Made by a program: the position numbers and the translations under genes
Shown: piece after piece, positions 1 through 10,593 of the stretch
Position numbering within the stretch: position 1 is the stretch's first letter
How the letters are laid out: each line of letters opens with the position of its first letter
Notes under the pieces: generated by a model
Told to the model about the DNA's origin: nothing
What the model saw: only the letters and a program-made list of their open reading frames with translations
Database searches by the model: none
Assembly (NCBI GenBank): GCA_963727485.1
Contig: CAVSGM010000002.1
Coordinates: 352,001 to 416,000 of the forward strand
DNA length: 64,000 bases
Reading direction: 5' to 3'
Source of the DNA: an uncultured delta proteobacterium
Lineage (GTDB): Bacteria; Myxococcota; Myxococcia; SLRQ01

Positions 1-860
1 CGGTCGGAGCCGCTCTGCACCGGCAGGTGGAGGTGGCGACAGAGGACCGGGACGTCCCGGTGGGCCTCGAAGACGTCGTCGCCCATCTCCCGGGGGTAGC
101 TGGTGGTGTAGCGCAGGCGCCAGAGGCCCGGGACCGCGGCCACCCGGCGCAGCAGGCCCGCGAAGGAGTCGCCGCCGTGGTAGCAGTTCACGTTCTGGCC
201 GATGAGGGTGACCTCCCGGGCCCCGGCGGCGACGAAGCGCCCGACCTCGTCGACCACCTCGTCGACCGGGCGGCTCACCTCCCGGCCCCGGGTGAAGGGC
301 ACGATGCAGTAGGTGCAGACCTTGTCGCAGCCCTTCTGGATGGTCACGAAGGCCGTGGCCCGCTGGGCCGCCGGATCGGGCTCGGCCCGGGGGAAGGCGT
401 AGCCCTCGGTGGCGGCGAAGCGGGTGTCGAGGACCTTCTCGCGCTCGGCGCGGGCCTGGCGGACCAGCTCCCCCACCCGGCCCACGGCGTCGGGGCCGAA
501 GACCAGGTCCACGAACGGCGCCTTCTTGTGGAGCCGGGCCCGCTCCTGCTGGGCCACGCACCCGGAGACCGCGAGGACCACCCCGGGGCGCGCCTCCTTG
601 TGACGCCGGAGGCGCCCGAGCTCCGAGAGGAGCTTCTGCTCGGCCTTCTCCCGCACCGAGCAGGTGTTGAGGAGGATGAGGTCGGCGTCGGCGGGGTCGG
701 AGACGGGCCGGTAGCCGTCGGCGCCGAGGATCTGGAGCATCCGATCCGAGTCGTAGACGTTCATCTGGCACCCGAAGGTGTGGACGTAAACGCCTTGTTT
801 GGTATCGGATTTTTCGTCTTTGAGGGGCCGGGTTCCCCCGAGCTGGACGAGCGGTTCCAT
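1..860 (-). CDS. miaB: tRNA-2-methylthio-N6-dimethylallyladenosine synthase MiaB (3' end outside window)
   Basis: Manual translation (not in ORF track): VYVHTFGCQMNVYDS, LNTCSVREKAEQK, GCVAQ, QKGCDKVCTYCIVPFTRGRE, LIGQNVN, HLHLPVQSGSD; ATG at 860. Confidence 0.93.
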   Translation of the reverse strand, partial: MEPLVQLGGTRPLKDEKSDTKQGVYVHTFGCQMNVYDSDRMLQILGADGYRPVSDPADADLILLNTCSVREKAEQKLLSELGRLRRHKEARPGVVLAVSGCVAQQERARLHKKAPFVDLVFGPDAVGRVGELVRQARAEREKVLDTRFAATEGYAFPRAEPDPAAQRATAFVTIQKGCDKVCTYCIVPFTRGREVSRPVDEVVDEVGRFVAAGAREVTLIGQNVNCYHGGDSFAGLLRRVAAVPGLWRLRYTTSYPREMGDDVFEAHRDVPVLCRHLHLPVQSGSD

Positions 861-924
861 GGAGGCGCGATGCTAACGGACGCGCCCGGCGCCCCGCAAG
901 CTGGGGTCGTGACCCCGGGCGGGG

Positions 925-2326
925 TCAGTCGAGGACCCGGGCCATGACCCGGTCGAGCTCGGAGAGGCGGCGCACCGGCTCGGCGTGGTCGCAGTGGCGG
1001 GCGTAGGTGAGCATCTCCGAGTCGCCGAAGCCCCAGGAGAGCCGGTCCTCGGAGCACAGCCACACCAGGCGGCGCGCCCGCCGGCGGAGGTCCCGGAGGA
1101 CCCAGTCGTTGGGTGGGTTCCGGTTGTTCCGGCCGTCGCCGAGGACGAAGACGGTGGTGCGGTGGGTCACCGCGGCGAGGTGCCGGCGGTGGAACTGGGC
1201 GAAGGCCCGGCCGTAGTCGGAGCTGGCGTGGAGGCTCACCACCCTCCCGGCGAAGGCCAGGTCCACGGCGTGGTGGACGTCGGCGTCCTGGAAGAGCCGG
1301 GTGGCCTCGCCCAGGTCGGCGACGAAGACGAAGCTGCGGACCCGGTCGAAGACGTCCTGGAGGGTGTAGGCGAACTGGAGGAAGAAGCGGGCGACGTTGC
1401 GGACGCTGTCGGAGACGTCCACCAGGACCACCAGGTCCGGGCGCTCCTTGCGCCGGCGCCGGCGGACGGGCTCCATGGGCAGGCCCCCGTAGCGCAGCGA
1501 CCGGCGGAGGGTCCGGTGGACGTCGAGGCGCCCGAGGCGGCGGACCTTCCGGCGGCGGTCGAGGCGGACCTTGAGGCGCTCGGCGAGCTGGGTGACCAGG
1601 CGCTTCATCCGCTCGATCTCGTCCCGGGTCAGGCTGTAGAGGGGCCGCTCGGCGAGGCCGAGGTGGCTCCCCTCGAGGGTGCGGGCGAGCTGGCGGCTCT
1701 CGAGCTCGGCCTCGACCCGGCGCCGGGCGGCGGCCTTGAGGTCGGCGAGGCGCCGGCGGAGGACGGCCTGGACCTCGGCGAGGACCGCCGGATTGACCCC
1801 GGCCTCCCGGAGGGCGTCCATCATCGCCTCGAGCTCGGCCTCGGCGGCCGGGAGCCCGGCGCCCCCGAGGAGGCGCTGGGTGAACAGGCCCTGCTGCATG
1901 AAGCTCGACATGGCGGCGAAGTCGACCTCCCCGGCGGCGGCGTGGAGGCGCTGGGCGAGGTCGACCGGGCGGCCCTCGACCAGGGCCCGGGCCAGGGCGC
2001 CGAGGGGGAAGCCCTCGACGACCTCGGCGATTTCGCGCCCGGGCGCCCTCGGGGAGGCCCCTGGCCGCGAGGGCGTCGAGGAGGCCCCGGGCGTCCACGG
2101 GCAGGGCCTCCCCCGGGCCTGCGAAGAGGAGGTCGAAGAGGCGGTCGAAGATGGGGACGTCGCCCTGGCGCTTGACCAGGGTGGCCTCGAGGGCCGCGCG
2201 CACCGCCTCCCGGCGGCCGAGGCCCACGAGGGTCAGGGCCCGGGCGGCGTCCACCACCTCGGCGGTGGAGACCCGCACCCCGTTGTCCCGGAGGCGGGCG
2301 GCGAGGTCCTGGAGGCGATCCTCCAC
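925..2326 (-). CDS. VWA-domain CoxE-like protein (frameshift near 2040)
   Basis: N-terminus LRDNGVRVSTAEVVDA (761..2326 frame) joins 925..1911 frame with GRLDVHRTLRRSL, LVDVSDSV, SDYGRAF, LGDGRNN. Confidence 0.85.
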
Positions 2327-2330
2327 CGGG

Positions 2331-2696
2331 CTAGTCCGCCTCGCCGCTCCCGGCGAGGTCGGCCCGCAGGCCCTGCACCCAGGCCTCGAGGCGGGCTTGG
2401 GTCCCGGGGTCCGTGTCCACGAACTCGATGCCCATCCCCGGGTCCTGGGCCTCGCCCGGGGGCTGGACGCGCACCACCTGGCCCACCAGCGGCACCGGCG
2501 GGTCGCGGTCCGGCAGGGAGATGAGCAGGCGGACCCGGGTGCCCACCGGGAGCGGGTCCCGGGTGTTCACGAAGACCCCGCCGCTCGAGAGGTTGGTCCC
2601 GAAGTCCGAGAGGAAGTGGTCGACGGACTGGTAGGCCACGAGCACCGGGTGCTCGAGGCGCTCGCCGGTGCGCTGGTCGGTGGGCTCGCGGGTCAC
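2331..2696 (-). CDS. PilZ-domain protein, TIGR02266-like
   Basis: RTGER (RxxxR), NLSSGGVFV, PLPVGTRV, PGMGIEF; GTG start with GGAGAG upstream. Confidence 0.85.
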   Translation of the reverse strand: MTREPTDQRTGERLEHPVLVAYQSVDHFLSDFGTNLSSGGVFVNTRDPLPVGTRVRLLISLPDRDPPVPLVGQVVRVQPPGEAQDPGMGIEFVDTDPGTQARLEAWVQGLRADLAGSGEAD

Positions 2697-2774
2697 GACG
2701 TCAGGCTCTCCCCACGGGAAAGCTAGCACCGCGGCCCCCCTCGTTCCAGCGCCGGAACGCCGCACCCGGGTGGG

Positions 2775-3521
2775 TCAGCGGCCCCGGTCGGCCCGGTCGG
2801 CGACGTAGGCCCGGATGGCCTCCCGATTGGCGCCGGCCAGGTTCTGGAAGTGGATGGCCAGGGCGTGGAAGCCCTTGTCGGTGAGGTCGCGGACCGCCCG
2901 GCCCTGGACCCAGATGGGCTCGGCGTCCGGGAGGGTGACCTCCAGGCGGACCTCGTCGCCGGCCTGGACCAGCGGGAGGGCCATGGCCGCGAGGTAGATG
3001 CCGTTCTCGGAGATGTCCCGGGCCAGCGCCCGGGCCACCCGCTCGCCCTTGACCACCTTCACGTAGCTCTCGAGGGGGACCCGGGTCGGGCGGTCGATGT
3101 GGATTTGGATGTCGGCCTCGCCGGGGAGGGGCTCCGGGGGCCTCGGCTGGAGACCCTCCCGGGAGACGGTGTCGAGGAGGGCGTCGAGGCCCGAGGGGAC
3201 CTCGACGGCCCCGGTCGGCGCCGGCTCGGCGTCCGGGGGCGGCGCCTCGGCCGCGGGTGCAGGTGCGGGCGCAGGTGCGGGCGCAGGTGCGGGGGCCGCC
3301 GGGGCCTCCGCCGCCGGGGGCGCCGCCAGGACCGCGTCGGCGTCGGCCTCCATCTCGCCCTTCCCCACCCCACCGAGGAGGGTCTTGGCGGGGCTCTGGG
3401 TCTTGTTCAGGTCCGCCAGGATGCCCCCGGTGGCCTTGAGGCGATTGGCCTGGAACCGGGACTGGGCCCGCTTCCCCCGGCTCTTCCCGCCGCTCTTGCC
3501 GCCCTTCCCCCGGCTAGCCAT
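2775..3521 (-). CDS. Protein with basic N-terminus, Pro/Ala linker and C-terminal PilZ domain
   Basis: RVPLES...ARDISENGIYL...VRLEVTLP...VQGRAVR...AIHF; overlaps the parA stop. Confidence 0.75.
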   Translation of the reverse strand: MASRGKGGKSGGKSRGKRAQSRFQANRLKATGGILADLNKTQSPAKTLLGGVGKGEMEADADAVLAAPPAAEAPAAPAPAPAPAPAPAPAAEAPPPDAEPAPTGAVEVPSGLDALLDTVSREGLQPRPPEPLPGEADIQIHIDRPTRVPLESYVKVVKGERVARALARDISENGIYLAAMALPLVQAGDEVRLEVTLPDAEPIWVQGRAVRDLTDKGFHALAIHFQNLAGANREAIRAYVADRADRGR

Positions 3522-4338
3522 GGGCGCGTCCCGCCGGGGTCACGGCCGCCGGAGCCGCCGCCGCGTCCTCCCGGGCCACCAGCTCCCCGGTGAGGGCGTG
3601 GTAGTCCCGGGCGCCCCGGGACCGGGGGGCGAAGAGGCACAGGGGCTCGCCGGCGCCGGTGGACTTCTCCACGTCGGCGTTCTCCCGGATGACCGTCTCC
3701 AGGGCAAAGGGGCCGAACATGGCCCTCACCGCCCCGAGGACGTCCTCGCTGACCGTCTGGTTCTTCCGGTAGCGGGTGACCAGGCCGTAGACCCGGTAGG
3801 CGAGCCCCAGCTCCTGGGTGAGGTCCCGGAGGGTCTCGGCCATCTTCTCGACCCCCTGGAGGCCGAAGTAGTTCGCCGCCACCGGGACGACGACCGCCTG
3901 GGCGGCGATGAAGGCGCCGATGGTCATGCCCGAGAGGGCCGGCGGGCAGTCGAGGACGATGTCGTCGTAGTCGGCGGCCGCCGCGGCGAGCTTCACCGAG
4001 AGGACCCGGACGGGGATGGCGTAGCGCTTCTCCATCTCGCGCTCGACGGTGGCGAGATTGAGGGTGCTGGGGAGGAGCGAGAGGCGCTCGAGGCCCTCGA
4101 GGTCCACCGGGAGGGCCGCGTCGCGGACGGCCACCGCGCGGTCGAGGAGGACGTCGGTGATGGTCCGGTCGAGGTGCTCGCCCTCGAGGCCCAGGCCCAC
4201 GGCGCAGTGGCCCTGGGGGTCCAGATCGACCAGGAGCACCCGCCGGTCGAGGCGGGCGAGGTTGGCGGCGAGGTTGAGGCTCGTCACCGTCTTGCCGACG
4301 CCGCCCTTCTGGTTGGCGACGGCGATGACACGTGCCAT
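3514..4338 (-). CDS. ParA/Soj-family ATPase (no parB in window)
   Basis: NQKGGVGKT deviant Walker A, VDLDPQG, DCPPAL. Confidence 0.92.
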   Translation of the reverse strand: MARVIAVANQKGGVGKTVTSLNLAANLARLDRRVLLVDLDPQGHCAVGLGLEGEHLDRTITDVLLDRAVAVRDAALPVDLEGLERLSLLPSTLNLATVEREMEKRYAIPVRVLSVKLAAAAADYDDIVLDCPPALSGMTIGAFIAAQAVVVPVAANYFGLQGVEKMAETLRDLTQELGLAYRVYGLVTRYRKNQTVSEDVLGAVRAMFGPFALETVIRENADVEKSTGAGEPLCLFAPRSRGARDYHALTGELVAREDAAAAPAAVTPAGRAHG

Positions 4339-4424
4339 GGCGCTTCCTCCTGCCCGACCGCGAGCGCCGGGCGCGCGGACGCTAGCACCCGGCCGGGCAG
4401 GGGGTCAACGCGGGCCTGGGGCGA

Positions 4425-5606
4425 TCAGTCCCGCTCCACCACCAGGGCGATGCCCTCGCCGCCGCCGATGCAGAGGCTGGCGCAGCCGAGCTTCTGGTCC
4501 TCGTCGCGCATGGTGTAGAGGAGCGTGGTGAGGATCCGGGACCCGGAGGCGCCGATGGGGTGCCCCAGGGCCACGGCGCCGCCGCGGACGTTCACCTTGT
4601 CCACCGAGAGCCCGAGCTCCCGGTTGTTGGCCACGGCGACCACCGCGAAGGCCTCGTTGATCTCCCAGCGGCCGATGTCCTCGACCTTCACCCCGGCCTT
4701 CTGGGTGGCGGCGCGGATGGCGTCGGAGGGGGCCATGGTGAACCACTCGGGCTCCCGGGCGGCGCCGCCCCAGCCGCGGATCCGGGCCAGCGGGGTGAGG
4801 CCGCGCTTCTTGGCCTCGTCGGCGCTCATCAGCACCAGGGCCGAGGCGCCGTCGTTGATGGACGAGGCGTTGCCGGCGGTGACGGTGCCGTCCTTCTGGA
4901 AGGCCGGCCGCAGCGACGCGATCTTGTCGGGGCGGGCGTTCTTGGGGCCGTCGTCCTCGTCGACCTTCACCGGGTCGCCCCGGCGCTGGGGGACCTCGAC
5001 GGGGACGATCTCGTCCTTGAACTTCCCGTCCTTCCAGGCGGCGATGGCGCGCTCGGTGGACATCACCGAGTACTCGTCCTGGGCGGCGCGGGGGATGTCG
5101 CACTCCCGGGCGCAGAGCTCGGCGGCGGCGCCCATGTGGAAGTCGTTGTACGGGTCCCAGAGGCCGTCGTGGATCATCAGGTCCACCAGCTCGCCGTTGC
5201 CCATCCGGTAGCCCGACCGGGCCTTGGGCAGCAGGTACGGCGCGTTGGACATGGACTCCATGCCGCCGGCGACGACGATGTCGGCGTCCCCGAGGGCGAT
5301 GGTCTGGGCGGCCATGATCACGGTCTTGAGGCCCGAGCCGCAGACCTTGTTCACGGTGGTCGCCGGGACGTGCTTGGGCAGCCCGCCGTAGATGGCCGCC
5401 TGGCGGGCCGGGGCCTGGCCGGCGCCGCCCTGGAGGACCATGCCCATGAAGGCCTCCTGGACGTCCTCCGGGTCGATGCCGGCGCGCTTGACGGCGTCGG
5501 CGATGACGGTGGCGCCGAGGCGGGTGGCGGGGACGGGGGCGAGGCTCCCGAGGAACGCGCCCATGGGGGTGCGGGTGGCGCTGACGATGACGACTTCACG
5601 GGCCAT
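4425..5606 (-). CDS. Acetyl-CoA C-acetyltransferase (thiolase)
   Basis: NKVCGSG, EINEAF, GHPIGASG, CIGGGEG. Confidence 0.95.
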   Translation of the reverse strand: MAREVVIVSATRTPMGAFLGSLAPVPATRLGATVIADAVKRAGIDPEDVQEAFMGMVLQGGAGQAPARQAAIYGGLPKHVPATTVNKVCGSGLKTVIMAAQTIALGDADIVVAGGMESMSNAPYLLPKARSGYRMGNGELVDLMIHDGLWDPYNDFHMGAAAELCARECDIPRAAQDEYSVMSTERAIAAWKDGKFKDEIVPVEVPQRRGDPVKVDEDDGPKNARPDKIASLRPAFQKDGTVTAGNASSINDGASALVLMSADEAKKRGLTPLARIRGWGGAAREPEWFTMAPSDAIRAATQKAGVKVEDIGRWEINEAFAVVAVANNRELGLSVDKVNVRGGAVALGHPIGASGSRILTTLLYTMRDEDQKLGCASLCIGGGEGIALVVERD

Positions 5607-5692
5607 GGCTGCCTCTCTCGGTTCGGTGTTCGGGGACCATCTATGTCGCCCGAGGGGGCTCGCGCAACCCTGGCGGCGCCCCGTGGACGCGA

Positions 5693-6300
5693 CTAGGGGC
5701 CCGGGGCGTCGAGGGGCGCCGGGGTCCCGGGCGGGGGCGTGCCCGGGGGCAGCGGCGGCGGCGGGAGGCCGTCGTCGGTGGGGGCGGCGCCCTGCTTCTG
5801 CTTGGGCTTCTGGGCGGCGGCCGGGCTCTGCGGCGGCGGTGCCGGGCGCGGGGCGGCCTGGCCCGGGGCGAAGGTGGCCTCCACCCGGGGTACGGCGGGG
5901 GCACGCTCTGGTCGCCCCCCTGGCCGCCCTGACCCTGTCCCTGCCCGCTCCCGTAGCCGAGCCGGCGCATCAGGAAGCGCCGGCTCCGGGGGTAGTCCTG
6001 GACCCAGGCGAGGGGCACCAGGCACACCAGGCCCCCGCACACGGCCCCGGGATTGATGGGCCCGTTCCGGGCGAAGCTCCCGTGGAGGTCGTCGTAGCCC
6101 TGGAGGTAGAGGTCCACCCGGTGGACGGTGCCCACGGGGGCGGTGTCCGTGTAGCGCACCGGGGTGCGGCCGAGGTAGGCGCCGTCGACGACGACCCGGG
6201 CGCCCGGGGGCTCGCTCTCGAGGAGGATGGTGCTGGCGCAGCCACCGAGGAGCGCCAGGGCGCAGGCGGCGACGAGCAGGCGGGCGCGCATGGGGCTCAT
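5693..6300 (-). CDS. PEGA-domain lipoprotein with Pro-rich tail (frameshift near 5890)
   Basis: LLGGC lipobox; SEPPGARVVVDGAYLGRTP PEGA motif. Confidence 0.7.
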
Positions 6301-6304
6301 CCTC

Positions 6305-7003
6305 TCACGCGAAGTGCACGGCCGGCCACCCGCGCTGGCGGGCGAGGCGGGCGAGGCGGGGGTCGGCGTTGACGGCCACCGGGTGGCCCACGGCCTCGAG
6401 GACCGGGAGGTCGCTCACCGAGTCGGTGTAGAACCAGGCGTCGGCGAGGTCGGCGTCGAGCTCGCCGGCGAGCTGCCGGGCGCGCTCGAGCTTCCCCTCG
6501 CCGTAGCACAGGGGCGGGACCACCCGGCCGGTGAGGCGCCCGTCGGCGACCTCGAGGACGGTGGAGGCGAGGTGGTCGACGTTCAGGTCCCGGGCCAGGG
6601 GCTCGGCGCCGTACTGGGTGGAGGCGGTGAGGATGACCGGGAGGTGGCCGGCGGCGCGGTGGGCCTCGAGGCGGGCCACGGCGACCGCGGAGATGGTCGG
6701 CCGGACCAGGTCCCGGTACCAGCGCTCGGTGCGGGCGGTGAGGGCGTCGACGGCCTCGCCCCGGGAGAGGCCCAGCGCCTTCTCGGTGACCGCGCCCATG
6801 TCGAGGATCCCCAGGCGGTAGCGCACCAGCCAGGTGGCCGCCCGCGCCATCTGGCCCAGGGACAGCCGCCCCTCCCGGCGCTCGAAGCGCAGCCACAGGG
6901 CGGCGCTGTTCACCGTGAGGAGGGTCAGGTCCATGTCGAAGAGGGCGAGGACCCGGGCCCCGTCGGCGGGCGGGGGCGGCGGCAGGGCGCTGTCTTCGGC
7001 CAT
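6305..7003 (-). CDS. HAD-IB family hydrolase
   Basis: FDMDLT, ILTAS, CYGEGK, FYTDSVSDLPVL, AVNAD. Confidence 0.88.
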   Translation of the reverse strand: MAEDSALPPPPPADGARVLALFDMDLTLLTVNSAALWLRFERREGRLSLGQMARAATWLVRYRLGILDMGAVTEKALGLSRGEAVDALTARTERWYRDLVRPTISAVAVARLEAHRAAGHLPVILTASTQYGAEPLARDLNVDHLASTVLEVADGRLTGRVVPPLCYGEGKLERARQLAGELDADLADAWFYTDSVSDLPVLEAVGHPVAVNADPRLARLARQRGWPAVHFA

Positions 7004-7005
7004 GG

Positions 7006-7644
7006 CTACTTGAGGACGTCGACGTGGAGGTCGAGGCGGACGGTTCCGTCCCCGGCGGGCCGGGCGGGGTTCTCCGCGGTGTCGAAGGGCATGATCAGGC
7101 GGACCAGGAGGGTCGCCTCGTCGGCGAGGATGCCCTGGGAGAGAGCATGGCGCCCGCCCGGGTCGAAGACCAGCGTCCCCTGCCCCGCCCCCAGGCCCGT
7201 GAGGTGCCCGACCCGGGCGACCCCGTCGTCGGTGGTGGCGGTGACCCCCGGGGGGCCCACGTAGACCACCCCCGCGACCACGGTCTGGGTGAGGGTGCCC
7301 GGGTCGAAGGTGACGTCGCCGCCCCGGAGCCGGAGGACGGCCTGCCCCGAGGCCACGGCGGACAGATCGCTGCCCACGGCGCCGAGGTCGGCGCGCTTCA
7401 CCTGGAGCGAGGAGACCAGGGGGAGATCCTCGGCGACCCGCGGGGCGCTCGCCGGCCAGGGATTGGGGACGCTGCCCCCGAGCTCGGCGAGGAGCGACGG
7501 CGAGAGGCGGGCGGTGAGGGCCTGCGCCGCGGCGGTGCCCGAGACCGGGACCGGCACGGTGATCATGTCGTTGAGGACGAGGCGCTGGCCGCAGCCGGCG
7601 ACGGCGACGAGGACGACCAGGGCGGCTGGCACCAGGCGGCGCAT
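7006..7644 (-). CDS. Hypothetical lipoprotein
   Basis: Signal peptide with VAGC lipobox; beta-rich; operonic with the HAD gene. Confidence 0.65.
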   Translation of the reverse strand: MRRLVPAALVVLVAVAGCGQRLVLNDMITVPVPVSGTAAAQALTARLSPSLLAELGGSVPNPWPASAPRVAEDLPLVSSLQVKRADLGAVGSDLSAVASGQAVLRLRGGDVTFDPGTLTQTVVAGVVYVGPPGVTATTDDGVARVGHLTGLGAGQGTLVFDPGGRHALSQGILADEATLLVRLIMPFDTAENPARPAGDGTVRLDLHVDVLK

Positions 7645-7721
7645 GGAGGGTGTCTAGCACACCCAAGATCCTTGACGAAGCCCCCGGGGCGCAGGGAGGG
7701 TGGCGCCCAAGGAGGCGGCAC

Positions 7722-9692
7722 ATGGTGGAGACCCCCAAGGTGGCCGAAGGGACGGTCCTCTGGAAGCCCTCGGAGCAGGCGGTGGCGCGGTGTCGCGTCG
7801 GCCGCTACCTCGAGTGGCTGAAGGCCGAGCGGGGCCTCTCCTTCGACGACTACGCCTCGCTCTGGGACTGGTCGGTCACCGAGCTCGAGGCCTTCTGGCA
7901 GAGCATCTGGGACCACTTCGAGGTCATCGCCCACGACCCGCCCCAGGCCCCCATGGGCCGCCGGGAGATGCCCGGGGCCGAGTGGTTCCCCGGGGCCACC
8001 CTCAACTACGCCGAGCACGCCCTCCGGCGCCGGGACGACCACCTGGCGGTCCTCGCCCGGGACGACACCGGGGCCGAGCGGCGCCTGACCCGCGCCGAGC
8101 TCGCCGACCAGGTGGCCCGGTGCCGGGAGGGCCTGGCGCGCCTGGGGGTCGCGCGCGGGGACCGGGTGGCGGCGTTCCTGCCCAACGCCGTCGAGGCGCT
8201 GGTGGGCTTCCTGGCCACGGCGAGCCTGGGGGCGGTGTGGTCGAGCTGCTCCCCGGAGTTCGGGGTCGGCAGCGTCCTCGACCGGTTCCAGCAGATCGCC
8301 CCCAAGGTCCTGCTCACGGTGGACGGCTACGCCTACGGCGGGAAGTTCTTCGACCGCCGCGAGGAGGTGGCCCAGATCCGCGCCGGGCTGCCGTCGCTGG
8401 CCCACACGGTGGTGGTGCCCCGGAGCGACGCCGCGGCGACGGTCCCCGACGCGGTGCGCTGGGACGACCTCTGCGGCACCCCCGGTGAGCTGGCCTTCGA
8501 GGCGGTGCCCTTCGACCACCCCCTGTGGATCCTCTACTCCTCGGGGACCACGGGGCTGCCCAAGGCCATCGTCCAGGGGCACGGGGGCATCCTCCTGGAG
8601 CACCTCAAGGCCCTGGCCCTCCACTGCGACCTCGGCCCCGACGACCGGTTCTTCTGGTTCACCACCACCGGGTGGATGATGTGGAACTTCCTGGTCTCGG
8701 GGCTCCTGGTGGGGGCCACGGTGGTGCTCTTCGAGGGGAGCCCGGCGTTCCCGGACCTCACGGCGATGTGGCGCCTGGCCGAGGACGCGGAGCTGACCTA
8801 CTTCGGGACCTCGGCGCCGTTCTTGGTGACCTGCCGCAAGGAGGGCGTCGACCCGGCCCGGGACTTCGACCTCTCGCGGCTCCGGGGGCTCGGGAGCACC
8901 GGCGCGCCGCTGCCCGCCGAGGGCTTCGCCTGGGTCTACGACCACGTGGATCCGGACCTGCTCCTGGGCTCGGTGAGCGGCGGCACCGACGTGTGCACCG
9001 CCTTCGTCCTCTCCTGCCCCCTGCTCCCGGTGCAGGCCGGGGAGATCCAGTGCCGGGGCCTCGGCTGCAAGGTCGAGGCCTTCGACCCCGAGGGGAAGCC
9101 GGTGACAGGCGAGGTGGGCGAGCTGGTGATCACCGAGCCCATGCCCTCGATGCCCATCTACTTCTGGGGCGACGAGGACGGGGCGCGGATGAAGGCCAGC
9201 TACTTCTCGGACTACGCGGGGGTCTGGCGGCACGGGGACTGGATCAAGATCACCGACCACGGGACCTGCGTCATCTACGGGCGCTCGGACTCCACCCTCA
9301 ACCGCGGCGGGGTGCGGATGGGGACCAGCGAGTTCTACCGGGTGGTGGAGGCGCTGCCCGAGGTGCGCGACTCGGTCGTGGTGGACACGGGGACGCTGGA
9401 CGATCCCGGGAAGCTGTGGCTCTTCCTGGTGCTGCGGGCGGGGTTCGAGCTGGACGACGCGCTCACGGCCAAGGTGAAGAAGACCATCCGGGAGCAGCTC
9501 TCGCCCCGGCACGTGCCCGACACCATCCACCAGGTCGACGACGTGCCGCGGACCCTCTCGGGGAAGAAGCTCGAGGTGCCCATCAAGCGGATCCTGAACG
9601 GGACGCCGGTGGCGCAGGCGGCGAGCCGGGACACGCTGAAGAACCCCGAGGCCTTCGACGCCTTCGTGGCGATCGTGACCGGCGGGGGGTGA
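7722..9692 (+). CDS. Acetoacetate--CoA ligase
   Basis: WFPGATLNYAE, YSSGTTGLPKAIVQGHGG, GWMMWN, WRHGDW, GRSDSTLN, SGKKLEVP; GGAGG before ATG 7722. Confidence 0.93.
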   Translation: MVETPKVAEGTVLWKPSEQAVARCRVGRYLEWLKAERGLSFDDYASLWDWSVTELEAFWQSIWDHFEVIAHDPPQAPMGRREMPGAEWFPGATLNYAEHALRRRDDHLAVLARDDTGAERRLTRAELADQVARCREGLARLGVARGDRVAAFLPNAVEALVGFLATASLGAVWSSCSPEFGVGSVLDRFQQIAPKVLLTVDGYAYGGKFFDRREEVAQIRAGLPSLAHTVVVPRSDAAATVPDAVRWDDLCGTPGELAFEAVPFDHPLWILYSSGTTGLPKAIVQGHGGILLEHLKALALHCDLGPDDRFFWFTTTGWMMWNFLVSGLLVGATVVLFEGSPAFPDLTAMWRLAEDAELTYFGTSAPFLVTCRKEGVDPARDFDLSRLRGLGSTGAPLPAEGFAWVYDHVDPDLLLGSVSGGTDVCTAFVLSCPLLPVQAGEIQCRGLGCKVEAFDPEGKPVTGEVGELVITEPMPSMPIYFWGDEDGARMKASYFSDYAGVWRHGDWIKITDHGTCVIYGRSDSTLNRGGVRMGTSEFYRVVEALPEVRDSVVVDTGTLDDPGKLWLFLVLRAGFELDDALTAKVKKTIREQLSPRHVPDTIHQVDDVPRTLSGKKLEVPIKRILNGTPVAQAASRDTLKNPEAFDAFVAIVTGGG

Positions 9693-9763
9693 CCGGCGGC
9701 GAGAATTACGTGCCTTGACGTAAGGGAATCCGTGGCGTGTACTCGGCTCGACGGGGGCACGGC

Positions 9764-10232
9764 ATGGGGTCCCTGGGGAGGCACGCGGTGTTGGCGCCGG
9801 AGCAGCATTATGGCGAGGCGAGCATGGGGCAGCGGTTCTGGACCTACCTGCTCGACTCGGTCTTTCTGTTCGTCATCTTCTTCACCCTCGCCGCGATCTA
9901 CGGGGGCGTGACGGCGCTCGCCGGCTCGCCGTCGGGCCCGGGGGGGCTGGGCCTGCGCGTCGCGGCCATCGGGGTCGCCGCCGCCTACTACTTCATGCTG
10001 GAGTGGCTCCTAGGACGGACCCTGGGGAAGATGATGCATCGGGACCCGGGTCATCCGCGACCGGGGCGGGCGGCCGGGGCCTAAGGAGATCTTCCTCCGG
10101 ACCGTGGTGCGCCTCGTGCCCTTCGAGCCCTTCTCCTTCCTGGCGGGGAACGGCTGGCACGACCGGTGGAGCGGCACCAGCGTCGTCCGGACCCGGCCGG
10201 GGAAGTGGCAGCAGGACCCCATGGACGTCTGA
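9764..10232 (+). CDS. RDD-family membrane protein (frameshift near 10037)
   Basis: RFWTYLLD...YYFMLE...GRTLGK then RTVVRLVPFEPFSF...GWHDRWSGTSVV. Confidence 0.8.
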
Positions 10233-10310
10233 CGACGGAACCGGCGGCAGGCGGAGGGACCCCCTATGGAGCCGGGCGGGGCGGTGCCTATACCCGCTAC
10301 GGGGGAAGAC

Positions 10311-10589
10311 ATGGAAAACAAGCCAGTCCAAATCGACAAGCTGGAGAAGCAGCTCGCGCGGTGGGGGGCGAAGCTCGACGACCTCGCGGAGAAGGTCGCG
10401 AGCGCCGGCGCCCAGGCCAAGGCCGATCAGCGCCAGGTGATCGCCGACCTGAAGGCGAAGCAGAAGCGCGCCCAGGCCAAGCTCGACGAGTTCAAGGCCG
10501 CGGGCGGCGACAAGTGGGACACCTTCAAGGCCGGCGTCGAGAGCGCCTACAACGACCTCGAGGGCGCCTTCAAGAAGATGGGGAACTAG
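10311..10589 (+). CDS. Small coiled-coil hypothetical protein
   Basis: KLEKQLARWGAKLDDL...AQAKLDEFK...KWDTFKAGVESA; helical pattern. Confidence 0.7.
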   Translation: MENKPVQIDKLEKQLARWGAKLDDLAEKVASAGAQAKADQRQVIADLKAKQKRAQAKLDEFKAAGGDKWDTFKAGVESAYNDLEGAFKKMGN

Positions 10590-10593
10590 CGGA

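Noticed and set aside
3256..3292. 12-bp tandem repeat GCAGGTGCGGGC
   Set aside because: It encodes an ordinary Pro-Ala linker in frame.
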